This document shows positions 1 through 9,333 of a stretch of 64,000 nt of DNA, in pieces. This DNA is from Bacteroidales bacterium (lineage in GTDB: Bacteria; Bacteroidota; Bacteroidia; Bacteroidales; ML635J-15). The number at the start of each line of letters is the position of its first letter. The stretch's first letter is position 1. The DNA lies in NCBI GenBank assembly GCA_027858835.1, contig JAQIBY010000040.1, positions 2,382-66,381 of the forward strand, written 5' to 3'. The position numbers and the translations under genes are program-made. Below the pieces are notes generated by a model that saw only the letters and a program-made list of their open reading frames with translations, searched no databases and had not been told where the DNA came from.

Positions 1-523
1 CGCCACCCGATAGCTCGTTAATTGGCTGACCATTCGGCGGACATTGTAAAGCATCCATAGCGCGTTCCAGCTTATTGTCAAGGTTCCAGGCATCCAATTG
101 ATCCATACGCTCCTGCAGTTTTGCTTGTTCTGCCATGAGCTTGTCCATATTATCCGGATTTTCATACACCTCCGGCAAGCCAAACTGTTCATTAATTTCC
201 TCATAACGAGCAAGCACCTCAACGGTTTCCTGCAAACCCTCGCGAACGATTTCGATGACTGTTTTATTCTCATCGAGTTGCGGTTCTTGTTCCAACAAAC
301 CGACAGTATATCCAGGCGCAAAAACGACCTCACCATTATACGCTTTTTCCTGACCAGCAATAATTTTCAACAGCGTTGATTTTCCGGAACCATTTAATCC
401 AATAATTCCGATTTTAGCTCCAAGAAAAAAGGAAAGTGAAATATCTTTTATGACGGTTTTATTTGGCGGGTAGGTTTTACTCACCTGTGACATGGAAAAA
501 ATAATCTTTTTGTCGTCGCTCAT
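1..523 (-). CDS. ettA: ABC-F ATPase, energy-dependent translational throttle EttA (N-terminal part; ORF runs off the window edge)
   Basis: Absent from the ORF track because it is open at position 1. My reverse-strand translation from ATG 523-521 gives MSDDKKIIFSMSQVSKTYPPNKTVIKDISLSFFLGAKIGIIGLNGSGKSTLLKIIAG... (Walker A GLNGSGKST). It ends at the window edge in ...INELSGG (ABC signature). It is collinear with the E. coli EttA N-terminus. Confidence 0.85.
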   Translation of the reverse strand, partial: MSDDKKIIFSMSQVSKTYPPNKTVIKDISLSFFLGAKIGIIGLNGSGKSTLLKIIAGQEKAYNGEVVFAPGYTVGLLEQEPQLDENKTVIEIVREGLQETVEVLARYEEINEQFGLPEVYENPDNMDKLMAEQAKLQERMDQLDAWNLDNKLERAMDALQCPPNGQPINELSGG

Positions 524-539
524 ATTGTTATCTTTTTTG

Positions 540-547
540 CAAATGTA
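540..547 (-). promoter_or_regulatory. Bacteroidota-type -7 promoter box (TAnnTTTG) upstream of ettA
   Basis: The reverse strand reads TACATTTG, 17 nt upstream of the ATG at 523. Confidence 0.4.
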
Positions 548-805
548 CGACAGAAAATGGGAATACTAACAAGTAGCTTGGAAAACTCCCAACTATGTCC
601 ATAAAATCAATGGTTAATACAAAAACCCAAAAAGCCATAATGGAATTTTATTTTGAAATCCATATTCGATATCATCAGAAACAATAAAGCCATTTTCAAT
701 CTTTGCTATTTGAGATTTTGATTTGTTTAATGAACTTAACAATTTTTATCATTTTTGTTTATCGCACAATACATTTTGACTGTTATTTTGTTTATTTCAA
801 TTCAA

Positions 806-1009
806 TGTTGTCCGATAAAAGTTTAAAGATTTCTCACCGCTGGCTAGCGGTTCGAAATGACGCTGCGTTCAGGGCATCTGCGAGGGAGGGGCTTGGTGGT
901 GGCGAAGCCACCACCAAGCCCCTCCCTCAACAACGTAACTACTTGTCATTCCGACCGCAGGGAGGAATCTTGTTACTACAAAATATATTATATCATTTTT
1001 ATCGGACAA
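806..1009. repeat. Nested-palindrome MITE-like element, copy 1 (full length, ~204 bp)
   Basis: Terminal inverted repeats TTGTCCGATAAAA (808-820) and TTTTATCGGACAA (997-1009). Inner arms are AGATTTCTC...CGAAATGAC and GTCATTCCGA...GGAGGAATCT. The central hairpin at 882-928 is perfect (22-bp stem, gagggaggggcttggtggtggc-gaa-gccaccaccaagcccctccctc). Related copies lie at 41403-41503 and 60084-60289. Confidence 0.8.
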
Positions 1010-1227
1010 AAACGAAACGTTCCCCACAAGTTTTTTTGCTTGATCCCAAAAAACCCGCAAACAATTAACGACAACCCATTTTAATTGTTAATCGGTATAA
1101 TTTCAAGCCAATTTCATGATTTTGGTATCAAATCACTTAAAGAATTCGCACAAATCACATAAAATTTGTTCTTTTGTTATCAGATGCAACCAATCATCAT
1201 TAATTATTATCTGTAAAACAGTCCTGA

Positions 1228-1782
1228 ATGCATGAACTTGATGACATAATAAAGGGATGTCAGAAAATGGACAGGAAGGCCCAAAAGGTCTTGTATGATC
1301 GCTACTCACCGATTTTATTTGGTATGGCTATGCGATATGCATCCTGCGCATCAGAGGCTGAGGATATGTTACAGGAAGCGTTTATTAATATTTTCAAACA
1401 TATTAAACAATTTGAGGGGCACGGGTCCTTTGAAGGTTGGATGAAACGGATTTTAATTAATGCCGCCATAGGATATATCCGAAAACATAAAAAACATATT
1501 AATGATAGCTTTGACGATATACAGGAAATAAAAATAAAAGATACGAATTTTGAAACACGCGATTTTACAAAAGAAGAACTCATGTCAACCATCAATGAAT
1601 TGCCGGAGGGTTTTCGTCTGGTATTTAACCTCTATGCAGTTGAAGGGTACAAACATCGTGAAATCGCTGAAATGTTAGGAATACAAGTCGGGACATCAAA
1701 ATCACAGTATTCCAGAGCACGGAAAATTTTAATGAATAAATTACAAGTTTTAAGTAAAATGCCGGAAGATAGGGTCACATGA
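1228..1782 (+). CDS. ECF-type RNA polymerase sigma-70 factor
   Basis: 184 aa. Region 2 (YSPILFGMAMRY...EDMLQEAFINIFK) and region 4 HTH (LPEGFRLVFNLYAVEGYKHREIAEMLGIQVGTSKSQYSRARKIL). The stop overlaps the next start (ATGA at 1779-1782). Confidence 0.9.
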   Translation: MHELDDIIKGCQKMDRKAQKVLYDRYSPILFGMAMRYASCASEAEDMLQEAFINIFKHIKQFEGHGSFEGWMKRILINAAIGYIRKHKKHINDSFDDIQEIKIKDTNFETRDFTKEELMSTINELPEGFRLVFNLYAVEGYKHREIAEMLGIQVGTSKSQYSRARKILMNKLQVLSKMPEDRVT

Positions 1783-3242
1783 AAGACAGAAACCACATAG
1801 ATGATCTGTTCAGAGATGAGTTGTCAAACCATCAGGTTACACCCCCAAAATCAAATTGGAATGGGATGAAACCTGCCTTAGACAACATGCGTCTGGAACA
1901 TCTTGCCAAAGTGAAGCTTGCAAATCAAGCAATCACTCCGGCAAAATCTGTGTGGCAAAAAATTGCAACGAAACTTTGGTGGGAACAATTTATCCACTTC
2001 TCAGCATTAAAATTTAATATTTATTATGCCGCCCTTGGTGTAGTCGGAATCACAGGTGGTATCATCATCTCTAATCAAGTAAACACAGAAATTTATCAAC
2101 CTGAAAAGCAATTGCGTGTAGAAATGCTGCAATCTAGTGATGCATATAATCAAGCAGATTTACTTGAAATGGAATCGCTGAATCCGACACAGCTTGCAAA
2201 ACAAAGTAATCAAATCGAAATAAACTTAAATCCACAAAACAGCAACAAAGCATTTGCGGATAACAATAACACAGCAACCGAATTAACAGCGCAATTAACG
2301 CCTCATACAACTGATGCGCCAAGCGAAAATACAGCGGAAAACGAAACAGAATTAAATACAAATCTTCAAGGAAATTTACTTAATCAGGAAACGGAAAATC
2401 AGGAAGATCCGATAATTTCACAAGCCAAAATAAAAGGGATGCCATTGATTTTACATCAACTTGTCCCAATTTTGATTTCAGGACAACCGCTAATCATTAA
2501 AAATTATGCAAAACGCACTGACACATTAGGCTATGACTATCAGGGAGAACCAATTGTGAAAGACTTAAGCTTTTTTGAACAAGGATACTCCTTTGGTGCA
2601 ATTTTCCTCAAACAAAGTTTTGAGTTCTTAAACCCTGAAATGCAAAATGCAAATATTAACAAACAAGATTACAGCCAATTTTCTTATCGGTTTGGCATAC
2701 GCTTTAATTATGTGAAAAACAATTACATACTACAAACCGGTTTTTATCTTGCAAATCTAAACAACCAATTTAAACACACAACAACGCATTTAATTATTCG
2801 CGATGATACACCGAAGCTCCCCTATTTTGAATACTCTTGGCCATATGAGTCTGACACAGTAATTGAATATCAAACCCATACGTATAACAACTCCTATTCG
2901 TTTATTGAACTACCAATTTTGGCTGGAGTGCATTTAGAAAACGAAAAAATTGCAGTAAATTTAAAAACCGGTCCGATTTTCAACCTTATTACCGGGGTAA
3001 ACTCAAAACTACTGCTGGAATCTAATCAAATCATAAGTAATGTGCATAAAAGCGATTTTATCCGTCCGGGAATTCGTTGGGAATTTAGTGCAGATTTGAT
3101 TTATCGTTTCAACAATCAGGTTAGTGTTTTCGTTGAACCAAGTTATGTACACGATTTAACAAACATGTTCAACAAAAATTATGAGGTGAAAAGCCACTTC
3201 GAAGGCTACTCAGGAAGTGTAGGGATTTATTATCGTTTTTAA
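1779..3242 (+). CDS. Putative anti-sigma-like membrane protein with C-terminal beta-rich OMP-like domain
   Basis: 487 aa, translationally coupled to the ECF sigma gene. It has one hydrophobic helix (IYYAALGVVGITGGIIIS), a Q/N/T/E-rich low-complexity linker, and an aromatic-rich C-terminal domain ending GSVGIYYRF (terminal Phe, OMP beta-signal-like). Confidence 0.6.
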   Translation: MKDRNHIDDLFRDELSNHQVTPPKSNWNGMKPALDNMRLEHLAKVKLANQAITPAKSVWQKIATKLWWEQFIHFSALKFNIYYAALGVVGITGGIIISNQVNTEIYQPEKQLRVEMLQSSDAYNQADLLEMESLNPTQLAKQSNQIEINLNPQNSNKAFADNNNTATELTAQLTPHTTDAPSENTAENETELNTNLQGNLLNQETENQEDPIISQAKIKGMPLILHQLVPILISGQPLIIKNYAKRTDTLGYDYQGEPIVKDLSFFEQGYSFGAIFLKQSFEFLNPEMQNANINKQDYSQFSYRFGIRFNYVKNNYILQTGFYLANLNNQFKHTTTHLIIRDDTPKLPYFEYSWPYESDTVIEYQTHTYNNSYSFIELPILAGVHLENEKIAVNLKTGPIFNLITGVNSKLLLESNQIISNVHKSDFIRPGIRWEFSADLIYRFNNQVSVFVEPSYVHDLTNMFNKNYEVKSHFEGYSGSVGIYYRF

Positions 3243-3303
3243 TGCCCACAAATATTAACTATTTTTGCCTGCAGCTATTCTGACAACCATCAAACTTCAA
3301 ACC

Positions 3304-4122
3304 TCACCCCAATCCTGAGCCCTCATCAACATTCAGTGCATTTCCACAGTGTTTGCAAAACCGTGCATCCTTTTCATGTCCCACAGCATGACATTTCGGG
3401 CATTTTCTGTGTCCACTTTGTTGTTTATTCATTTCAACAGTAACAATTCCGGTTGGAACGGCAATGATGGCGTAACCAAGTATCATTGTAAAACTCGCAA
3501 TGAATTGCCCCAGCGTAGTTTGTGGGGTAATGTCTCCAAATCCGACAGTAGTTATCGTTACAATTGTCCAGTAAATACCTCTCGGAATACTGTCAAATCC
3601 GTTTTCTGCACCTTCAACAAGATACATCACTGTTCCCACAACTAGAATTACCATAATCACACCAAACATGAAAACGGATATTTTTGTCCAGGAATCGCGC
3701 AACGCTTTTGCGATGAGATTGCCTTGTTGCGTATATCGTGTGAGTTTGAAAACACGAAATAGCCGCAATAATCGCAGTCCTCTTATAATAGCAAGACTGT
3801 GACTGCCGGTAAAAATGAATTCAAGCAATGTAGGTAAAATGGAAAGCAAATCGACAATACCGTAAAAACTGAAAATGTATTTCCAACTGCGCTTGTGAAT
3901 CCAAACCCGTAAAATATATTCAATAGTAAAAATTGCAGTGACCGCATATTCAAAAATTCGCAAGTAAATTCCGTATTGCTCATAAATTTTAGAAACACTT
4001 TCTAAAAGAACTGCCAGAACATTTAAGAGAATGAAAACCAACAAAACAACATCAAAAGCTTTTCCGGCTTTAGTGTCTGTATGGAAAATAATTCGATAGA
4101 GTTTTTTGCGAATAGTTTTCAT
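3304..4122 (-). CDS. Voltage-gated-type K+ channel (ion transport family) with C-terminal zinc ribbon
   Basis: 272 aa. S4-like helix RGLRLLRLFRVFKLTR, K+ selectivity filter TTVGFGD, and a C-terminal CPKC-x11-CKHC. Confidence 0.85.
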   Translation of the reverse strand: MKTIRKKLYRIIFHTDTKAGKAFDVVLLVFILLNVLAVLLESVSKIYEQYGIYLRIFEYAVTAIFTIEYILRVWIHKRSWKYIFSFYGIVDLLSILPTLLEFIFTGSHSLAIIRGLRLLRLFRVFKLTRYTQQGNLIAKALRDSWTKISVFMFGVIMVILVVGTVMYLVEGAENGFDSIPRGIYWTIVTITTVGFGDITPQTTLGQFIASFTMILGYAIIAVPTGIVTVEMNKQQSGHRKCPKCHAVGHEKDARFCKHCGNALNVDEGSGLG

Positions 4123-4150
4123 TTTCTCTGTGTTAAAAGCATAAAATTAG

Positions 4151-4158
4151 TAATTTTG
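4151..4158 (+). promoter_or_regulatory. -7 promoter box (TAATTTTG) upstream of gmhA
   Basis: Matches TAnnTTTG 14 nt before the GTG at 4172 and 23 nt before the ATG at 4181. Confidence 0.35.
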
Positions 4159-4171
4159 AAGAGAATCAAAA

Positions 4172-4762
4172 GTGAATGCAATGCAATATTTAAAAGATAT
4201 ACGAGAAAACTTTGTTGAAGCGCAAAAGGTTTTGGATGAATTTACAGCATCTGAATCAAATTTTGAGAAAATACATGCAGCTGCTGAAGTCATGGTTTCG
4301 GCATTGCAAAAAGAAAACAAGATTTTGAGTTGCGGAAATGGTGGAAGCATGAGTGATGCCATGCATTTTGCCGAAGAATTAACAGGCCGTTACCGGGATG
4401 ACAGAAAAGCGCTTGCTGCCATTGCAATTAGCGACCCCGGGCATATTTCATGCGTTTCTAATGATTTTGGCTATGAGTTTATTTTTTCACGTTATCTTGA
4501 AGCGCACGGAAAACCGGGCGATGTATTACTGGCAATCAGTACAAGCGGAAATTCGCAAAATATTATTAATGCCATTTACACAGCAAAAAAACGAGGTGTT
4601 TTTGTTGTCGGATTAACCGGGAAAGATGGTGGAAAGATGGCGGATTTATGCGATATAGAAATCCGTGCCCCAAAATCTCAATATGCTGACAGAGTGCAGG
4701 AGATCCATATTAAAGTCATTCATACAATTATTGGCTTGCTTGAAAAGATGTTGGAAGTGTGA
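4172..4762 (+). CDS. gmhA: D-sedoheptulose-7-phosphate isomerase (SIS domain)
   Basis: 196 aa with [20 protein letters not shown] and AISTSGNS motifs typical of GmhA. The track start at 4172 is GTG; the ATG at 4181 (MQYLKD...) is an alternative start. Confidence 0.85.
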   Translation: MNAMQYLKDIRENFVEAQKVLDEFTASESNFEKIHAAAEVMVSALQKENKILSCGNGGSMSDAMHFAEELTGRYRDDRKALAAIAISDPGHISCVSNDFGYEFIFSRYLEAHGKPGDVLLAISTSGNSQNIINAIYTAKKRGVFVVGLTGKDGGKMADLCDIEIRAPKSQYADRVQEIHIKVIHTIIGLLEKMLEV

Positions 4763-4840
4763 GTTTTGTCTAAAGAACTAAGGCTTTCAAATTAGGAAAT
4801 ATCTATGTGATTTATTACCTTGTGCAGCAAAACTTAAGCT

Positions 4841-6379
4841 ATGCTGGTTAAAACTTACGGAGCCGCCTTTTACGGGATAGACGCTCATATTGTGACGATA
4901 GAGACGGATGCAACCAAAGGATACGATTTTCACCTTGTGGGCTTACCAGATAATGCAGTGAAAGAATCTCAGCAACGAATTATTTCTGCACTTGGAAATA
5001 ATGATTACAAATGGCCGGGACGTAAAATTGTCATTAACATGGCACCTGCAGATTTGCGAAAAGAGGGAGCAGCTTACGATTTACCATTGGCAATTGGTGT
5101 ACTGTCTGCTTCTGAGCAAATGAATGGAGATCGTATTCACCGGTTTATGATGATGGGTGAATTGTCGCTCGATGGTTCCATCCTGCCAATTAAAGGGGTT
5201 TTGCCTTTAGCGCTTGAAGCTAAAAAAGCAGGGCTTGAAGGATTTATTCTTCCCAAACAAAATGCACAAGAAGCTGCTGTAGTTGAGGGAATCGATGTGT
5301 TTGGAGTAGAGCATATTACTGAGGTTATCGGTTTTTTTGATGGGACAAAAGAGCTCGAGACGGTTCGCATTGATTTAAAAGAAACCTTTACTCGAAAAAT
5401 GGGCGATTATGATGCAGATTTTTCCGATGTCAAAGGACAGGAAAATGTAAAACGTGTCATGGAAATTGCAGCATCCGGTGGTCATAATTTAATTATGATT
5501 GGTCCTCCCGGAGCCGGAAAAACTATGCTTTCAAAGCGTTTGCCGTCAATTATGCCGCCATTAACCCTCGAAGAGGCATTGGAAACCACAAAAATTCATT
5601 CAGTTGCCGGAAAAATGGAGCGCGATTCGTCCCTGATGACTCAGCGTCCGTTTCGTTCACCTCATCATACAATTTCTGATGTTGCACTGGTTGGTGGAGG
5701 AAATCATCCGCAACCGGGAGAAATTTCTTTGGCGCATAACGGGGTGTTATTTCTCGATGAGTTGCCAGAGTTTAAGCGGACAGTACTTGAAGTGCTTCGT
5801 CAGCCTTTGGAAGATCGGGAAGTGACCATTAGTCGCGCGAAATTTACCGTAGTGTATCCTGCCAGTTTGATGTTGGTTGCCAGTATGAATCCTTGTCCGT
5901 GCGGATATTACAACCACCCGCATCGGGAATGTGTCTGCACAACGGGAATGATTCAAAAATATCTATCAAAAATATCCGGTCCGCTTTTGGATAGAATTGA
6001 TATTCATATGGAAGTCGTACCGGTTGATTTTGATCAATTGTCGAGTCAGCCGCCCGGAGAAAATAGTACTGATGTTCGCAATCGCGTTATCCAGACACGG
6101 GAAATGCAGGCCGACCGTTTTAAAAAGCATAAAGGCATCTTTTCCAATGCACAAATGACATCTAAAATCATGCAGAAATATTGCGCAATTGATAATACCG
6201 CGAGTGTATTACTGAAAACTGCAATGGAGAAATTAGATTTGTCAGCACGTGCTTACGATCGGATTTTAAAAGTTGCCCGCACTATTGCCGATGTAGATGC
6301 CAGTGAAACAATTCAAGCACAACATATTTCCGAAGCCATTCAATACCGCAGTTTGGATCGAAGCAGTTGGGGAAGCTGA
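4841..6379 (+). CDS. comM: YifB/ComM family Mg-chelatase-like AAA+ ATPase
   Basis: 512 aa. N-terminal Lon-protease-like ChlI domain, Walker A GPPGAGKT, Walker B VLFLDELPEF, and a C-terminal Mg-chelatase subunit ChlI C-domain-like tail. Confidence 0.9.
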   Translation: MLVKTYGAAFYGIDAHIVTIETDATKGYDFHLVGLPDNAVKESQQRIISALGNNDYKWPGRKIVINMAPADLRKEGAAYDLPLAIGVLSASEQMNGDRIHRFMMMGELSLDGSILPIKGVLPLALEAKKAGLEGFILPKQNAQEAAVVEGIDVFGVEHITEVIGFFDGTKELETVRIDLKETFTRKMGDYDADFSDVKGQENVKRVMEIAASGGHNLIMIGPPGAGKTMLSKRLPSIMPPLTLEEALETTKIHSVAGKMERDSSLMTQRPFRSPHHTISDVALVGGGNHPQPGEISLAHNGVLFLDELPEFKRTVLEVLRQPLEDREVTISRAKFTVVYPASLMLVASMNPCPCGYYNHPHRECVCTTGMIQKYLSKISGPLLDRIDIHMEVVPVDFDQLSSQPPGENSTDVRNRVIQTREMQADRFKKHKGIFSNAQMTSKIMQKYCAIDNTASVLLKTAMEKLDLSARAYDRILKVARTIADVDASETIQAQHISEAIQYRSLDRSSWGS

Positions 6380-6458
6380 AGCAGGAGCTAGGATTCAGGT
6401 GTTATGGGTTAGGTGGTAGTATCTCTAAACGAATTTCAGTTAAATAAACAGTATTAAA

Positions 6459-7319
6459 ATGAAAACAACTAAATTTCAAGTACTAATCGTATGCTTTTTT
6501 TTCGTTGCATGTTTAAGTGAAAAACAAGATTCAGACAATGCAAATAATGAGCTTAAGAGCGAACTATTCGCAAATGAATACGGTGAAATATGCTTGGTAA
6601 AGGAGAATGATACTGTAATGAGAACAATTTTCAAAAATAACGAGGGGGATGTTTTTGATACAATTATGTCAATAAATCACAATTTCAAAATGATACTAAA
6701 AAATGATTCTTTCCCTTTTTTACAATTCCATACAGGTGGGATAGAATTATCTCATGATTGCTTATTTATCCATGAGTTCTCAGGTGTTGCTTATTTGTCT
6801 CAATTTATTCAAATTGAAGAAATGTATTCAAGGCCTTTTTATAAAGTTAATGAAGAAGTTACTGTAAAAGGAGATGTTTTATTTAATAAAGGAATTAAAA
6901 TTAATGGGATTTGGTTAATCGATGCCGGAACAGATATCCCTGAGGAATATTTATCTGTTTGCGGAACGATTAAAAAAGAGAAATACCCAATTGATTATTA
7001 CTCGACTGAAGAGTCACCACAAGGGATGTTTTCTGATACCAGTATCGTGCATTATCGCTTAATAATGGAAGATTATACAATTGAAGAAATACCGAAGCAG
7101 ATATTTAATGGAACTGCTGTTAACATAGATAATCAAGCCGCATTTATTAGTGATTTGGCATGTTCTGAAGCGTATTATTTAGATAAAAGAAAACCTTGGT
7201 CAGAAGCAGAATTGAACAATAGAATTGTAATTGAAGCTGTTTTAATTCAAACGAATATAGGAAAATCAGTCTTGAAAAACTGGCAAATAATTGAAGCTCT
7301 TCCTATTCACGAAGAATAA
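6459..7319 (+). CDS. Hypothetical lipoprotein
   Basis: 286 aa. Signal peptide followed by a lipobox-like FFVAC. No family recognised. Visibly more AT-rich than its neighbours. Confidence 0.6.
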   Translation: MKTTKFQVLIVCFFFVACLSEKQDSDNANNELKSELFANEYGEICLVKENDTVMRTIFKNNEGDVFDTIMSINHNFKMILKNDSFPFLQFHTGGIELSHDCLFIHEFSGVAYLSQFIQIEEMYSRPFYKVNEEVTVKGDVLFNKGIKINGIWLIDAGTDIPEEYLSVCGTIKKEKYPIDYYSTEESPQGMFSDTSIVHYRLIMEDYTIEEIPKQIFNGTAVNIDNQAAFISDLACSEAYYLDKRKPWSEAELNNRIVIEAVLIQTNIGKSVLKNWQIIEALPIHEE

Positions 7320-7412
7320 ATTATTGTGGAATAGTATTGTTTTTTCTTTACACTATATTATAATTTCTAAACCGGTTTTATGATTCACTTTGAATATAAT
7401 ACCGATTAAACA

Positions 7413-9170
7413 TCAATTCTTAATTATCATTTTTTTGTATTCTGATGTGCTTCCCAAGTCAATCTGAATCAAATACATTCCCGATTTGAGGTTTGTGTGC
7501 AATGCTTCATCACCAGCTACTTTTCGATCTAAAACTAATGACCCATCTATGGTGAAAATCCTAATATGAAGTTGTTCATTTCCTAAAAAACGAAAACTCC
7601 CAGAATTCGGGTTTGGGAATACCTGAAACATGTCACCATCCATTACCTGATGTCCATCAATCAAGACGGCGTTTTCACATGTATCAAAAGTCATTACCCC
7701 ATTAAAATATCTATCGTAGGCCGGAATATTGTTCTCGTTCATTCCAGCTGGATAACCAATTGATGACCAAGTATATTGATCATAAAAATAACAAGGAGAA
7801 TTCTCTAAATATAAGGACTCCTCCAAAATGTTTTCTGTTTCCGCAGGAATACAATCTCCAGTTTTATTATTTCCATATTCAAAGTGCCCATTACCATTCA
7901 ACATGTAATTACCAAGCAAGAAACCTAAATTGGTGATTTCATTTCCAATAAAATTACAAGAATCAGTTGCAGGATTAAAATTCATCACTATCCCATATTT
8001 CTCCAATCGATTTCTGAAAAATGTATTGTATGGACCATTACTGCCATGAGAATCATCGATAACAGCATTTTGAGCAATATTTCCTTCAAAGAGATTACAA
8101 TACACATAATTCCCATGTAACACTAAATCCCCTGCAGATGCAGATGGAAGTGCAGATTGATCCCAATACGGATCAAAAGAATAATTGTATGCAAATACGT
8201 TTCCATTGGCGCCAGATTGTAGCAACATGGAATGTCGTAAATGTTCGAAAACATTATTATGAATTAGACAGTCACTTGAACTTGCTGATACTTCGGCACC
8301 ATATCCTTGACCTCCTTCACCGTATGCATGCGCGTGATGAAAATAACATCCTGACACTTCACAATGCAAAGAAGTTCTTAAGCTTAAATGAGAAAAGTTG
8401 CAATTCTCACTTTGAATGCCTCTAACAGAACAATTATACGCGTAATTAAAGCGAATATTACATGTTTGTGCAGTGCTTGCATCAGCTCGTACAATTTGCA
8501 TATTTTTAATCAGAATATCCCTCACAGGAGTGATTTTAACCAAAACAGGATTGTTTTCTAACGGGTAGTCGTGTCTCAAATTACTTTTTAAAAAAACGGT
8601 GTCGGCGACCAAACTATCCACCTCACACAACTGAGCCATGGTAGAATACGCCCAGTCTGAAAACATATATGGCTCACCATCCATTTGAACCTTTACAACA
8701 TCACCAGCTTGTAAATCGGTTGGCAATGTTTGCAAAACAAGGAAGTCATTGCCCTTTTGCGCATTAATCACTGTCATGTTATCACCAGTAACACTACCTG
8801 ATGCATAAATAAAATCTGTTTCACTTTCAAGATTCGCATGCAGGATTGTTATTTCACTACTTGTTCCTTCAAGTATAATCCCAGAAGGCAACACGATTCT
8901 AGCGTTGAAGTGAAAGGTTCCAGCTGGAAACTGAATTTTCCCCGGCGCTCCGGCAAAACAATTGATTGCATTTTCCAGTGCATCATCGTCAGAAATCGCA
9001 TCATCAGGCATTCCTCCAAAATCGAGTATAGAAACAGATTCAATATCTTCGTTTATTGGATAAGACAAACCAGCATTTGACCAATTAACGATACGTTCAG
9101 GCGGAACTTGAGCATACAATTGTCCTGAAAAAACGAAAACAATAAGACTGAAAACTAAAATAAACTTCAT
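7413..9170 (-). CDS. Secreted right-handed beta-helix (pectate-lyase superfamily-like) protein with T9SS type-A C-terminal sorting domain
   Basis: 585 aa. Signal peptide, an N-terminal tailspike/pectate_lyase_3-like segment (ILDFGGMPDD...ALENAI), Asn/His-rich beta-helix repeats, and a C-terminus FQVFPNPNSGSFRF...GMYLIQIDL...KKMIIKN typical of the type-A CTD. Confidence 0.75.
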   Translation of the reverse strand: MKFILVFSLIVFVFSGQLYAQVPPERIVNWSNAGLSYPINEDIESVSILDFGGMPDDAISDDDALENAINCFAGAPGKIQFPAGTFHFNARIVLPSGIILEGTSSEITILHANLESETDFIYASGSVTGDNMTVINAQKGNDFLVLQTLPTDLQAGDVVKVQMDGEPYMFSDWAYSTMAQLCEVDSLVADTVFLKSNLRHDYPLENNPVLVKITPVRDILIKNMQIVRADASTAQTCNIRFNYAYNCSVRGIQSENCNFSHLSLRTSLHCEVSGCYFHHAHAYGEGGQGYGAEVSASSSDCLIHNNVFEHLRHSMLLQSGANGNVFAYNYSFDPYWDQSALPSASAGDLVLHGNYVYCNLFEGNIAQNAVIDDSHGSNGPYNTFFRNRLEKYGIVMNFNPATDSCNFIGNEITNLGFLLGNYMLNGNGHFEYGNNKTGDCIPAETENILEESLYLENSPCYFYDQYTWSSIGYPAGMNENNIPAYDRYFNGVMTFDTCENAVLIDGHQVMDGDMFQVFPNPNSGSFRFLGNEQLHIRIFTIDGSLVLDRKVAGDEALHTNLKSGMYLIQIDLGSTSEYKKMIIKN

Positions 9171-9190
9171 ATTAACGACTTGATTTTTAA

Positions 9191-9198
9191 CAAAGATA
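9191..9198 (-). promoter_or_regulatory. -7 promoter box (TATCTTTG) upstream of the beta-helix T9SS gene
   Basis: The reverse strand reads TATCTTTG, 21 nt upstream of the ATG at 9170. Confidence 0.4.
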
Positions 9199-9215
9199 CA
9201 AATGTTAGAGAATCA

Positions 9216-9223
9216 TAAATTTG
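9216..9223 (+). promoter_or_regulatory. Candidate -7 promoter box (TAAATTTG) upstream of the PGK cluster
   Basis: Matches TAnnTTTG in the divergent intergenic region, but lies about 110 nt before the ATG at 9334, so the assignment is tentative. Confidence 0.3.
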
Positions 9224-9333
9224 CGCTTTTTTGCTAAGGTAAAAGTATTCATAAATTGTGAAATACCAAAGAACAGCTTTCCGGCTTGTTAAAAAATCGT
9301 AACTTTACACATCAAAACATTGCTGATTTGCTT

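Noticed and set aside
703-1084. Three overlapping ORFs from the track (703-1068 +, 857-1084 +, 869-1060 -) encoding peptides such as ...SFRPQGGILL... and ...GGAWWWLRHHQAPP...
   Set aside because: They lie entirely inside the nested-palindrome repeat (806-1009). Open frames on both strands are the expected by-product of a long GC-rich hairpin. The same applies to 41408-41590 and 60036-60263 over copies 2 and 3.
9286-9333. The TTG start proposed by the ORF track for the fused pgk (MLKNRNFTHQNIADLL...)
   Set aside because: The extension has no PGK homology. The first ATG, at 9334, gives the normal PGK N-terminus. I reassigned the TTG or GTG track starts in the same way for the TonB receptor (15613), ileS (26340), the hydrolase fusion (39943), the M16 peptidase (43276), the hypothetical gene at 21658 and rimM (59414).
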